64,000 bases of DNA from Eubacteriales bacterium. GTDB taxonomy: Bacteria; Bacillota; Clostridia; Oscillospirales; JAAYXM01. Below are positions 39,721-48,892 of this stretch, piece by piece. Under the pieces are notes generated by a model. It was not told the DNA's origin. It searched no databases and was given only the letters and a program-made list of their open reading frames with translations. The stretch is taken from the NCBI GenBank assembly GCA_045595365.1, contig JAZOAI010000035.1:5049-69048 (forward strand), given 5' to 3'. The first letter of the stretch is position 1. Every line of letters starts with the position of its first letter. Both the position numbers and the translations under genes were made by a program.

Positions 39721-40604
39721 TGATGAAAAGAGCTGTTGCACTCGGTTTTTTTGACGGTGTGCATATCGGGCACGGCGCACTCCTCCGGCGAACAAAAGCT
39801 CTCGCCGAGCGACACGACCTTGCCCCTTGTGTTATGACCTATTCTCAGCATCCGTCAGCGGTCCTTTCAAAAGAAAGAGTTCCTCTCATCAACACGACGA
39901 ACGAGAGAATTCTTCTCATATCGTCGCTGTACGGCATAGACGATGTCGTCATAAAGGATTTTACAAGGCAGTATGCCTCGCTTTCCTGCGAGGAGTTTTT
40001 TGAAAAAATTTTAATCTCGGAGCTTTCCTGCGGGTATGTTATCGCAGGATATGACTTCCGCTTCGGTGACGGCGGTGCGGGGGATGCAGACGCGCTCTAC
40101 GCACTCTGCAAAAAGAACAATATCGATTGCGAGATTGTTGATGCAATAAAGCGCGACGGCGAGGCTGTAAGCTCCTCACGCGTGCGGAAGCTTCTCGAAG
40201 AAGGAGATATGGAAAAGGCGAGAGAGCTTCTCGGCCATTATCACTGCACAATCTCTCCCGTTATTAAAGGCCAGACACTCGGCAAAAAGCTTGGGTTTGC
40301 AACGGCAAATCAAGCGTTTGACGAAACGGTAAAAATTCCAAGGCGCGGCGTTTATCTGTCGCAGGTTACTGTTGGCAGCAGGGTCTTTCGCGGCATAACG
40401 AACGTGGGCGTCCGCCCCACCGTTCTGTCCTCTTCAGAAGTGTTTGCCGAAACGCATATACTCGATTTTTCCGGGGACCTTTACGGCCAGACAATAAAAA
40501 CGGAATTTGTCAGCTTTCTCCGCGAGGAAAAGAAGTTCTCGTCACTTGATGAGCTTCATGAGCAAATATCACAAGACGTCATTCGTGCGAGAGAAGAAAT
40601 TTAG
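39720..40604 (+). CDS. ribF: Bifunctional riboflavin kinase / FMN adenylyltransferase
   Basis: ALGFFDGVHIGH nucleotidyltransferase motif. C-terminal riboflavin kinase domain (...GFATANQ...GVRPT...). The start overlaps the truB stop. Confidence 0.93.
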   Translation: MMKRAVALGFFDGVHIGHGALLRRTKALAERHDLAPCVMTYSQHPSAVLSKERVPLINTTNERILLISSLYGIDDVVIKDFTRQYASLSCEEFFEKILISELSCGYVIAGYDFRFGDGGAGDADALYALCKKNNIDCEIVDAIKRDGEAVSSSRVRKLLEEGDMEKARELLGHYHCTISPVIKGQTLGKKLGFATANQAFDETVKIPRRGVYLSQVTVGSRVFRGITNVGVRPTVLSSSEVFAETHILDFSGDLYGQTIKTEFVSFLREEKKFSSLDELHEQISQDVIRAREEI

Positions 40605-40624
40605 ATATTTTTACAGAAAATTCA

Positions 40625-40653
40625 TTGATTTCACCCATATTATTTGATACAAT
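40625..40653 (+). promoter_or_regulatory. Candidate SigA promoter (extended -10) for the PucR-family regulator gene
   Basis: ttgatt, a 17-nt spacer ending in TGa, then tacaat. Confidence 0.55.
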
Positions 40654-40726
40654 ATAGATGATATAATGTCTTAACTGTGGGTTTCTGTCTTTTGGCAGAA
40701 AGCAATTTATTAAAGGTGGATGAATT

Positions 40727-41818
40727 ATGGCTTGGGTAATGCTTCAGAATACCATACTTCAGATGAAAGAGGCTACAGACAGAACTATCGGCGTTATAAA
40801 CGTCACAGGCTCTGTCTGCGCTTGCACTGACCCGTCACTTAAGGGCACGGTGCGCGAGGGTGCGATAAACGCCCTTGAGGAAATGATAGGCTCTTATCTC
40901 GTTTTTGAGGGCTATACATACAAGCCCGTTTCTACCCCCGGCGCACGCTTTGAATACGTCGTCTTCGTTTCGGGCGAGGATGAGTATGCAAAAAGCCTTG
41001 CCGTTATGGCATCTCTTGCGGTCGGCAACGCGAAAAAGTATTACGACGAAAAACACGACCGCGCAACCTTTGTAAAAAACATCCTTCTTGACAACATCCT
41101 TTCCGGCGACATCTACATGAAAGCAAGCGAGCTTCGGATGCCTCAGGATGTTCCCCACGTCGTCTTCCTCATCCGCCAGACAGACCACTGTGACTCTGCG
41201 GCGCTTGACATCGTTTCCAATATGTTCCCCGATAAGCAGAAGGACTTTGTCATAAGCATAAGCGAAAATGAAATCGCGCTTGTCTGCGAGGTTTCCCCGT
41301 CTGACGAATCCCGCGATTTTATAAAAATAGCAGAGAGCATCCGCGATACTTTAAAGGCCGAGCTTCTTGCGAAAACCGAGATAGGCATAGGCACCGTCGC
41401 CAACGCGCTTCGTGACCTTGCCGTTTCCTACAAGGAAGCTCAATCTGCTATAAGCGTCGGTAAAATGTTTGACACGGACCGCGAGATTATGAGCTATGAA
41501 AACCTTGGAATAGGGCGGATTATTTACCAGCTCCCCACAACTCTCTGTGAAATGTTTCTCTCCGAGGTTTTCCGCGATAATTCTCTTGAATCTCTTGATT
41601 CTGAAACACTTATGACCATCCAGAAATTCTTTGAGAACAACTTAAACGTTTCCGAAACCTCCAGGAACTTGTTTGTCCACAGAAACACACTTGTTTACCG
41701 CCTGGAGAAAATCAAGAAAATAACCGGCCTTGACCTTCGTGAGTTTGACCACGCTATAATTTTCAAGGTTGCCCTTATGGTAAAGAAATATTTATCTTCT
41801 CAGGGGGCCACGTTCTAA
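40727..41818 (+). CDS. PucR/CdaR-family transcriptional regulator
   Basis: C-terminal HTH NVSETSRNLFVHRNTLVYRLEKIKKITGLDL is typical of PucR C-terminal HTH_30. The N-terminal ~290 aa is an unassigned sensory region. Confidence 0.8.
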   Translation: MAWVMLQNTILQMKEATDRTIGVINVTGSVCACTDPSLKGTVREGAINALEEMIGSYLVFEGYTYKPVSTPGARFEYVVFVSGEDEYAKSLAVMASLAVGNAKKYYDEKHDRATFVKNILLDNILSGDIYMKASELRMPQDVPHVVFLIRQTDHCDSAALDIVSNMFPDKQKDFVISISENEIALVCEVSPSDESRDFIKIAESIRDTLKAELLAKTEIGIGTVANALRDLAVSYKEAQSAISVGKMFDTDREIMSYENLGIGRIIYQLPTTLCEMFLSEVFRDNSLESLDSETLMTIQKFFENNLNVSETSRNLFVHRNTLVYRLEKIKKITGLDLREFDHAIIFKVALMVKKYLSSQGATF

Positions 41819-41843
41819 ACCCTATACGAAAGGATTGTGAAAT

Positions 41844-42524
41844 ATGGTTAGGCTTCTCGATGTCTGCAAGGTTTATGAAAACGGAACCCCGGCACTTGCG
41901 GGCATCAATCTCAAAATAGACGACGGGGAATTCGTCTTTCTCGTCGGCTCGTCCGCATCGGGCAAATCAACTATTGTTAAAATCCTTACATGCGAGGTTC
42001 AGATGACCTCCGGCAGAGGCATCGTAAACGGTTTTAACCTAAACCGATTAAAGCCTTCTAAAATCCCGGAGCTTCGCAGAACCGTCGGCGTTGTCTTTCA
42101 GGACTTCCGCCTCATTGACAAAAAAACTGTATATGAAAACGTTGCGTTTGCAATGCGCGCCGTCGGCGCATCTCCCGGCGCTATAAAAAAGCGCGTGCCG
42201 TATGTTCTCCAGCTTGTCGGGCTTGACCACAAGGCAAAATGTCTTCCCAATGAGCTTTCGGGCGGAGAGCGGCAAAGGGTGGCGGTTGCAAGAGCCATCG
42301 TCAATAATCCCAGCATGATTATTGCCGATGAGCCCACGGGCAATCTTGACCCCAAAATGTCGATAGAAATAATGAGTCTTTTAGAAAAGATAAATGAGCT
42401 TGGAACGACCGTTTTAGTCGTCACTCACGAACGCGAACTTGTTGACGAATTCGTCAAACGTGTCATCACGATTGACAGCGGTCGGATTATAAGTGATAAA
42501 ACAGGTGGGTATTATCAAAGATGA
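41844..42524 (+). CDS. ftsE: Cell division ATP-binding protein FtsE
   Basis: 226 aa ABC ATPase (GSSASGKST, LSGGERQRVAVARAI, IIADEPTGNLD) directly upstream of, and overlapping, ftsX. Confidence 0.92.
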   Translation: MVRLLDVCKVYENGTPALAGINLKIDDGEFVFLVGSSASGKSTIVKILTCEVQMTSGRGIVNGFNLNRLKPSKIPELRRTVGVVFQDFRLIDKKTVYENVAFAMRAVGASPGAIKKRVPYVLQLVGLDHKAKCLPNELSGGERQRVAVARAIVNNPSMIIADEPTGNLDPKMSIEIMSLLEKINELGTTVLVVTHERELVDEFVKRVITIDSGRIISDKTGGYYQR

Positions 42525-43408
42525 GACTTTATAACATATCTTATTTTTTAAGAGAGGGAATCCACAGCATTTTCACTCATCGGCTTATGAGCATTGCCGC
42601 GATGAGCGTTATCACTGCGTGCCTGCTCCTTATGGGAAGCTTCTCGCTTCTGGCAGCTAACGTTAACCGCCTTCTTGCCGATGTTGAAAGCAAAAACAAG
42701 GTCGTCGCATTTGTCGACGAGGCATATTCCGAAGAGGATTCGCGCGCGCTTGAGGCGGAGGTTCTCGCAATTTCGGAAATCGCTTCTGCAGAGTTTATGA
42801 CAAAGCAGGAAGCGCTTGACAGCTTCAAAGAGGATTTTGGCGACGAAAGCGAGCTTCTTGACGGGCTTGATGAGCGAAACCCCCTGCGTGACCGCTACAC
42901 AGTTACCCTTCACAGAATAGAGGATACGCAGAAGGTGGCGGATGCGCTCAAGGAAATCCCGGGGATTGCAAAGGTTTCTGCAAGAAGCGACATTTCAGAC
43001 AAAATCATACAGGTGCGCGATGTTGTCACGGTTATATGCACAGCTCTTATAATCATTCTCATCCTCGTATCTGTATTTATAATTTCAAACACGGTAAACC
43101 TCACTCTGTTCAACAGGCGCGAGGAAATTGCTATAATGAAGATGATAGGTGCTACCAACGGTTTTGTTCGCATTCCGTTCGTAATCGAAGGGCTTCTCAT
43201 CGGAATTGCAGGCGCAGTTCTTTCACTTTTCCTCCAGTGGGGAGTTTACGAGTATATTGTTGCAGGGGCGCTTTCGGGAATAAGCTTTATTCCGACAATC
43301 CCCTTCGGAGATTGTGTCGGCTACCTTGCCGCCGTATTTTTCGGAACAGGCATTCTTGTCGGCGGAGTGGGAAGCGCCATAACTCTCAGAAAATTCTTGA
43401 AGGTATAG
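42521..43408 (+). CDS. ftsX: Cell division permease-like protein FtsX
   Basis: 295 aa. N-terminal YFLREGIHSI..., a large extracellular loop, then three C-terminal TM helices with IAIMKMIGAT. Confidence 0.92.
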   Translation: MRLYNISYFLREGIHSIFTHRLMSIAAMSVITACLLLMGSFSLLAANVNRLLADVESKNKVVAFVDEAYSEEDSRALEAEVLAISEIASAEFMTKQEALDSFKEDFGDESELLDGLDERNPLRDRYTVTLHRIEDTQKVADALKEIPGIAKVSARSDISDKIIQVRDVVTVICTALIIILILVSVFIISNTVNLTLFNRREEIAIMKMIGATNGFVRIPFVIEGLLIGIAGAVLSLFLQWGVYEYIVAGALSGISFIPTIPFGDCVGYLAAVFFGTGILVGGVGSAITLRKFLKV

Positions 43409-43420
43409 GAGGCGTTTTGT

Positions 43421-44602
43421 TTGAGTAAGAAAACCGTTCGCATAATCTCTGCCCTTATCGCAGGGGGGCTTGCTTTTCTCCTTCTCTTTTCTTTAGTGTC
43501 GGAGATTGCGCTCTTTGCGCGGGCAGATGCTGCGCAGACTGTTTCAAGTTTAAACAGCAAGCTCTCAAGCCTTGAAAGTCAAAAGGCTAAAATTCAGAAA
43601 GAACTCAAACAAATTGAATCAAAAAAGCAATCGACCATGACAAAAAAGGCGGCTCTTGACCGTCAGATTGATGTTACGGAGCAGGAGATTGATACTATAA
43701 ACGAGCTCATCTCCGCACTTGATGTGCAGCTTGCCGCCGTCTCTTCCGAGCTTTCAAAGGCGCAGGCAGAGGAGCAGAAGCAGAATGATGACTTCTTAAA
43801 GCGCGTCAGAATTATGGAAGAGGAAGGCTCAGCCTCTATGCTCGGCATAATTCTCTCGGCAGACAGCTTTTCGGATATGCTGACCCGAACCGAGCTTATC
43901 GGCGATATTGTTGAGGGCGATAAGAAGCTTATGCGCGAGCTTGCCGAGATCCGCGCCGGCATAGAATCAAAGAAGGCTAAAATTGACGAGACCCGCGCAG
44001 CTCAGGCTGCGGCGAAGAAAAATCTTGTCAATAAACAAAACTCTCTCGAGTCGCAGTATAAATCCGCAAACAACCTCATAAAATCTCTTAACAAAGAGGC
44101 TTCCGAATATGAAAAGGCGTTTAACGAAGCCGAACGGGCTATGGATGCAGCCCGCGCCGAACTTCAGAGCCTGCTTTCCAAATCCGGTTCATCTACATAT
44201 GTCGGAGGTGAATTCCGTTGGCCGACAAAGGCTACGCGGATAACATCGTATTACGGAACCCGCCGCGACCCGATTACGAAGAAAACCTCTATGCATACGG
44301 GAATTGACATCGGCGCCAGCATGGGAAGCAACATCTTTGCTTCAAACAGCGGAACCGTTATCGTCGCCGGCTGGTCAAGCAAGGGTTACGGCAATTACGT
44401 TGTCATTGACCACGGTGGCGGAAAGTCCACACTCTATGCACATATGAGCAAGATTATTACAAAAAAGGGAGCAAAGGTGGTTCAGGGCGATGTTATCGGC
44501 CTTGTCGGCTCGACAGGCTACTCAACAGGCCCGCATCTCCACTTTGAGATTCTTATAAACGGCAAGCACACAAATCCGATGAACTATTTCAAAAACTCAT
44601 AG
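43421..44602 (+). CDS. M23-family metallopeptidase with long N-terminal coiled coil (FtsEX-associated, EnvC/PcsB-like architecture)
   Basis: TTG start after a ggagg RBS. Signal/anchor sequence and ~230 aa of heptad-rich coiled coil. LytM domain with intact HTGIDI and GSTGYSTGPHLHFEI metal ligands. Confidence 0.88.
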   Translation: MSKKTVRIISALIAGGLAFLLLFSLVSEIALFARADAAQTVSSLNSKLSSLESQKAKIQKELKQIESKKQSTMTKKAALDRQIDVTEQEIDTINELISALDVQLAAVSSELSKAQAEEQKQNDDFLKRVRIMEEEGSASMLGIILSADSFSDMLTRTELIGDIVEGDKKLMRELAEIRAGIESKKAKIDETRAAQAAAKKNLVNKQNSLESQYKSANNLIKSLNKEASEYEKAFNEAERAMDAARAELQSLLSKSGSSTYVGGEFRWPTKATRITSYYGTRRDPITKKTSMHTGIDIGASMGSNIFASNSGTVIVAGWSSKGYGNYVVIDHGGGKSTLYAHMSKIITKKGAKVVQGDVIGLVGSTGYSTGPHLHFEILINGKHTNPMNYFKNS

Positions 44603-44616
44603 CTTAAAATACCCGC

Positions 44617-44638
44617 GGGGCGATGAAGACATCGCCCC
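44617..44638. repeat. Solitary GC hairpin of the same build as the 8.7-9.1 kb array
   Basis: ggggcgatg (44617-44625), loop aaga, catcgcccc (44630-44638). No U-run follows. Confidence 0.6.
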
Positions 44639-44696
44639 CGACACTTTACTTGGGCACTAGCCGGAAGCCTCTCCGACACACCCAAAGGAGGAACAT

Positions 44697-45947
44697 ATGA
44701 GAAAAAAACACTTTATGACTACTGCGGCGCTTATGCTTCTCACGGCGGCGCTGACGTACTGCATCACGCTCTATGCAGCAGAGCGTGAGTACAACTCAAA
44801 GCTTGCAGACCTTTCAGAGAAAGAACAGCAATATGCAAGGATTGCGGAGGTCCGAAGCTATATCGACAAGTATTATGTCAATGAATACGACGAAAAAAAG
44901 CTTACCGACGGCGCGCTTACGGGAATGGTCGCTATGCTCGGGGACCGTTGGTCACGCTATCTGACTCCCGAGCAATTCGCTTCGGTTATTTCGTCAATTA
45001 ACAGCAAGGTTGTCGGCATTGGTGTGAATACAACCTACGACAGCGAAAACGACGCCATTCTCGTTCTCGAAGTTTTCGAGGGCTCTCCCGCGGAATATGC
45101 AAAAATCGCGCCGCTTGACAGAATCGTCAGCGTTGACGGAAAAAAGGTTTCCGACATCGGATACGATGCCGCAGTCAAGAGTGTTTCCGGAGCGGTTGAC
45201 ACGCCCGTTTCCCTCGTAATTGAGCGCGAGGGAGCTGATGCTCCCATAAATATGAGCATTACCCGCCGTGAAATAGATGTCCCGAACGTCAGCTCCAAGA
45301 TTCTTGACGGAAACATCGGATACGTTAAAATTACGAGCTTTGATGCAAATGTAGATAAGGATACAGCCAAGGCCCTTGACCTTCTCAAGAAAGCTAATGT
45401 CACGGGAGTTATTTTTGATGTCAGAAACAATCCGGGCGGGCTTTTGCAGGTTCTTGTGAACACGCTTGACCCGCTTCTCCCCGAAGGCACGATTATCCGC
45501 GAGGAGGACAAAAACGGAAAAGTCACAACCTACACCTCTGACAAAAATGAGCTTGCCCTTCCTATGGCAGTTCTGACAAATCAATATTCAATAAGTGCGG
45601 CTGAGTTCTTTGCAGAAGCTCTGCGTGAAGCCGGGAAAGCCGCTATTGTCGGCGAGCCGACGACCGGAAAGGGCGTTGCTCAGAGCAATATCCAGCTAAA
45701 AGACGGCTCCGGCCTTGTTCTCTCGGTCAGCAAATATTTCACGGGGCAAGGAAAAAGCCTTGCCGATACGGGCGGAATTGTCCCTGACAGGCTCATAGAG
45801 CTCACCGAGGAAGAAAACAAAAACTTTTATCTTCTGACTGAAAGCTCCGACCGCCAGCTCCAGGAGGCAGTCAAGGTTATAAATGAGAAGAAAGCTGCGG
45901 CAGAGAAGAACGCCGCGGCAGAACAGAATACGACAGCGCAACAATAA
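44697..45947 (+). CDS. S41-family carboxy-terminal processing protease (CtpA/CtpB-like) with PDZ domain
   Basis: N-terminal anchor, PDZ region, catalytic Ser region NQYSISAAEFFAEAL and Lys region GEPTTGKG. Confidence 0.88.
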   Translation: MRKKHFMTTAALMLLTAALTYCITLYAAEREYNSKLADLSEKEQQYARIAEVRSYIDKYYVNEYDEKKLTDGALTGMVAMLGDRWSRYLTPEQFASVISSINSKVVGIGVNTTYDSENDAILVLEVFEGSPAEYAKIAPLDRIVSVDGKKVSDIGYDAAVKSVSGAVDTPVSLVIEREGADAPINMSITRREIDVPNVSSKILDGNIGYVKITSFDANVDKDTAKALDLLKKANVTGVIFDVRNNPGGLLQVLVNTLDPLLPEGTIIREEDKNGKVTTYTSDKNELALPMAVLTNQYSISAAEFFAEALREAGKAAIVGEPTTGKGVAQSNIQLKDGSGLVLSVSKYFTGQGKSLADTGGIVPDRLIELTEEENKNFYLLTESSDRQLQEAVKVINEKKAAAEKNAAAEQNTTAQQ

Positions 45948-46020
45948 AAAATATATAATTCACCTGTAATATTCACAGCGGAAATTAATATCATAATATA
46001 GATAAATTTTTTCCGCGGGG

Positions 46021-46713
46021 GTGCAACGCTCTTTGCGTATATGCGTAATATACAAAGGGGACATCCGAAGAAAACGCAGCTTTGAAATTCTTTTCCACAG
46101 CTCTTTTCGCGGCGCGGAAATATACAAGGCTTGCCTTGGGCTCAAAATTTCAAAAAGGCAAAAGCGCAAATGTATTAAAGAACTGTCAGAGCTTGGCGTT
46201 TCCTTTGCGGCTCTTCCCCGTGATTTGCCGCTTTCGCGCGAGCTTCTCTTATCCGGGATTTCTCCCGTGTACGGAAGCTCTTCCCTCGCTCTTCAGATTC
46301 CCGAAATGGCGCTTTCCCTTGCAAAAGCCGCCCAAGGTGCAAACGGTTTTTTTATACGCGGCGGAAGCTTCTTCACCGTGACGCGAATAGCGCTCAGGCT
46401 TTTAGAGGAAACGAGCAGCGTATATGTCTCCTGCGCCGATTTTGCCGCGGTCGCTGAGGCCTGTGCAGATATGTGTGGCGCGGTTATCAAGCGTGAGCCT
46501 CCGGAAGATGTGATAAACATTTTTCTTGAAGACGGTGGTTTTTTTCTCAAGTTTCGCGAACGGAAATTGAACTTTTCAGATTTTTCAATTTCTCTCCCTT
46601 CTCCCCATTTTTCCGACATCCCGCCCTGTTGTGCGGCGGCTCTTGCTTCGGCCCTTGAAATATGCGGATTTTTGGGGAATTCTGAGATAAAAACCGAGCT
46701 TTTACCAAAATAA
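46021..46713 (+). CDS. Hypothetical protein (start uncertain)
   Basis: A 230-codon ORF opens at a GTG with no well-spaced RBS. The first in-frame ATG is ~100 codons in. No family recognised. Kept because no alternative feature explains the 0.7 kb interval. Confidence 0.35.
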   Translation: MQRSLRICVIYKGDIRRKRSFEILFHSSFRGAEIYKACLGLKISKRQKRKCIKELSELGVSFAALPRDLPLSRELLLSGISPVYGSSSLALQIPEMALSLAKAAQGANGFFIRGGSFFTVTRIALRLLEETSSVYVSCADFAAVAEACADMCGAVIKREPPEDVINIFLEDGGFFLKFRERKLNFSDFSISLPSPHFSDIPPCCAAALASALEICGFLGNSEIKTELLPK

Positions 46714-46738
46714 AAATTCAAAATATTTAAAACTTTAC

Positions 46739-46767
46739 TTGACAATTCGCATTTTGCTATCTATAAT
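46739..46767 (+). promoter_or_regulatory. Consensus SigA promoter of greA(-lysS)
   Basis: ttgaca (46739-46744), a 17-nt spacer, then tataat (46762-46767). Both hexamers are perfect. An ~85-nt AT-rich leader follows. Confidence 0.75.
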
Positions 46768-46853
46768 ATGATACATTGCAAAGTGTGATTTGTTATTTAT
46801 ATAGTAGATAAATTAAAATCATTTTATTATAATAGGAAAAAGAGGTTGGAGAA

Positions 46854-47324
46854 ATGGCAAAAACATACAAACTTACAAAAGAACGACTACAGGAGCTCCG
46901 TGACGAACTCAATTACTTGAAGAATGTTCGCGAGAACGAGGTCGCGGAGCTTATAAAGGAAGCCCGCTCTTTCGGAGACCTTTCCGAAAACAGTGAGTAT
47001 GAAGAGGCGAAGAACGAACAGGGCCGCCTTTTCTCGCGCAAAGCAGAAATTGAAAACATTATAGCAAACGCCGAAATAATCGAGATTTCATCAGATACAA
47101 ACGAGGTCCACACCGGCTCCCACGTTACCGTCAGCGATATGTCCGACGGCTCAAACGAGGAATATTGGCTTGTAGGCTCACAGGAGGCCGACCCCTATAA
47201 GGGAAGAATTTCCGACGAATCCCCGTTCGGGCGCGCTCTTTTGGGCAAGCGCGTTGGTGACGTCGTCGGCGTCGAGGCTCCATGCGGAGTTATTGAGTAT
47301 AAGATAGTTGAAATCAGCAACTGA
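46854..47324 (+). CDS. greA: Transcription elongation factor GreA
   Basis: 156 aa. Coiled-coil N-terminus with GDLSENSEYEEAK and a C-terminal FKBP-like domain. Confidence 0.96.
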   Translation: MAKTYKLTKERLQELRDELNYLKNVRENEVAELIKEARSFGDLSENSEYEEAKNEQGRLFSRKAEIENIIANAEIIEISSDTNEVHTGSHVTVSDMSDGSNEEYWLVGSQEADPYKGRISDESPFGRALLGKRVGDVVGVEAPCGVIEYKIVEISN

Positions 47325-47386
47325 TTTTTTTGGCGGACGCAGAACCTGCGACCGCCAATGATGCATTAAAATGGAGGATTTTTAAA

Positions 47387-48889
47387 ATGGCAACTGAAGA
47401 AAAAAGAACACAGGAAGCTCCCGCCCAGGATTTAAGCGAGATTCTGCAAATCCGCAGGGACAAGCTTGCAAAGCTTTGTGAAGACGGGGACAACCCGTTT
47501 GAAATAGTCAAATATGACCAGACACATCATTCAACGGACATTCTCTCAAATTTCGATGAGATGGAGGGCAAGACCGCCAGCATTGCCGGCCGTATGATGA
47601 GCCGCCGCGGCATGGGAAAAGCCTCCTTCTGCGACGTTCAGGATTTGAAGGGAAAAATCCAGATTTATGTCCGCATAGATGATGTTGGCGAGGAAGCTTT
47701 TTCGAAATTCAAGAAATTCGACATCGGCGATATCGTCGGTGCTGTCGGAACGGTTTTCCGCACAAGAACAGGCGAGCCCTCGGTTCATTGTACGGAAATC
47801 ACTCTCCTTTCAAAGTCATTAAAGCCGCTTCCCGAGAAATATCACGGCCTGACGAACACAGACATTCGCTATCGCCAGAGGTATGTTGACCTCATCGTAA
47901 ACCCCGAGGTCCGCGACACATTTGTCAAGCGTTCAAAAATCATCAGCTCCATCCGCCGTTATCTCGATTCCAACGGGTTTATGGAGGTTGAAACCCCTAT
48001 GCTCGTTTCAAACGCAGGCGGCGCGGCAGCGCGCCCCTTTGAAACTCATTTCAACGCTTTGAACGAGGACTTTAAGCTCCGCATCTCTCTTGAGCTTTAT
48101 TTAAAGCGCCTGATTGTCGGAGGTCTTGAGCGAGTATACGAAATCGGCAGGGTTTTCCGTAACGAAGGCCTTGATACCCGCCACAACCCGGAATTCACTC
48201 TTATGGAGCTTTATCAGGCTTATACCGACTATCACGGTATGATGGATCTTACCGAGAATATGTATCGTCACGTTGCAAAAGAGGTTTTGGGGACAACTAA
48301 AATCGTTTATAACGGGATTGAAATGGACCTTGGCCGCCCCTTTGAAAGAATTACAATGGTAGACGCTGTCAAAAAATATTCCGGCGTCGACTTTAACGAA
48401 ATTCATTCGGATGGCGAAGCAAAGGCTGCTGCGAAGGAACATCACATTCAGTTTGAAAAAAGGCATAAGAAGGGAGATATCTTAAACCTCTTCTTTGAAG
48501 AATTCGTTGAAGAGCATCTCATCCAGCCTACATTTGTTATGGATCATCCGATTGAGATCTCTCCGCTTACTAAGAAAAAGCCTGAGGACCCGAATTATGT
48601 TGAACGCTTTGAGTTCTTTATGAACGGCTGGGAAATGGCAAACGCATACTCCGAGCTTAACGACCCCATCGACCAGCGCGAGCGCTTCAAGGATCAGGAA
48701 GAGCAGCTTTCTCAGGGCAACGAGGAGGCAAACACAACAGACGAGGACTTTCTCAATGCTCTTGAAATCGGTATGCCTCCCACAGGAGGAATCGGCTTCG
48801 GAATTGACCGTATGTGTATGCTCTTTACAGACAGCGCTGCAATCAGAGATGTTCTTCTCTTCCCCACAATGAAGACTGAAAAGGAGTAA
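47387..48889 (+). CDS. lysS: Lysine--tRNA ligase (class II)
   Basis: Trimmed to the ATG at 47387 (ggagg RBS 8 nt upstream). OB-fold anticodon-binding domain and class II motifs FRNEGLDTRHNPEFT and GIGFGIDRM. Confidence 0.96.
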   Translation: MATEEKRTQEAPAQDLSEILQIRRDKLAKLCEDGDNPFEIVKYDQTHHSTDILSNFDEMEGKTASIAGRMMSRRGMGKASFCDVQDLKGKIQIYVRIDDVGEEAFSKFKKFDIGDIVGAVGTVFRTRTGEPSVHCTEITLLSKSLKPLPEKYHGLTNTDIRYRQRYVDLIVNPEVRDTFVKRSKIISSIRRYLDSNGFMEVETPMLVSNAGGAAARPFETHFNALNEDFKLRISLELYLKRLIVGGLERVYEIGRVFRNEGLDTRHNPEFTLMELYQAYTDYHGMMDLTENMYRHVAKEVLGTTKIVYNGIEMDLGRPFERITMVDAVKKYSGVDFNEIHSDGEAKAAAKEHHIQFEKRHKKGDILNLFFEEFVEEHLIQPTFVMDHPIEISPLTKKKPEDPNYVERFEFFMNGWEMANAYSELNDPIDQRERFKDQEEQLSQGNEEANTTDEDFLNALEIGMPPTGGIGFGIDRMCMLFTDSAAIRDVLLFPTMKTEKE

Positions 48890-48892
48890 TCC

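Noticed and set aside
47330-47358. 13-bp hairpin ttggcggacgcag/ctgcgaccgccaa between greA and lysS, considered as a terminator or a Lys T-box/L-box leader
   Set aside because: The T-run precedes rather than follows the stem. The spacer (62 nt) is far too short for a T-box or lysine riboswitch, and no conserved riboswitch motifs are present. It is probably a simple inter-cistronic structure.
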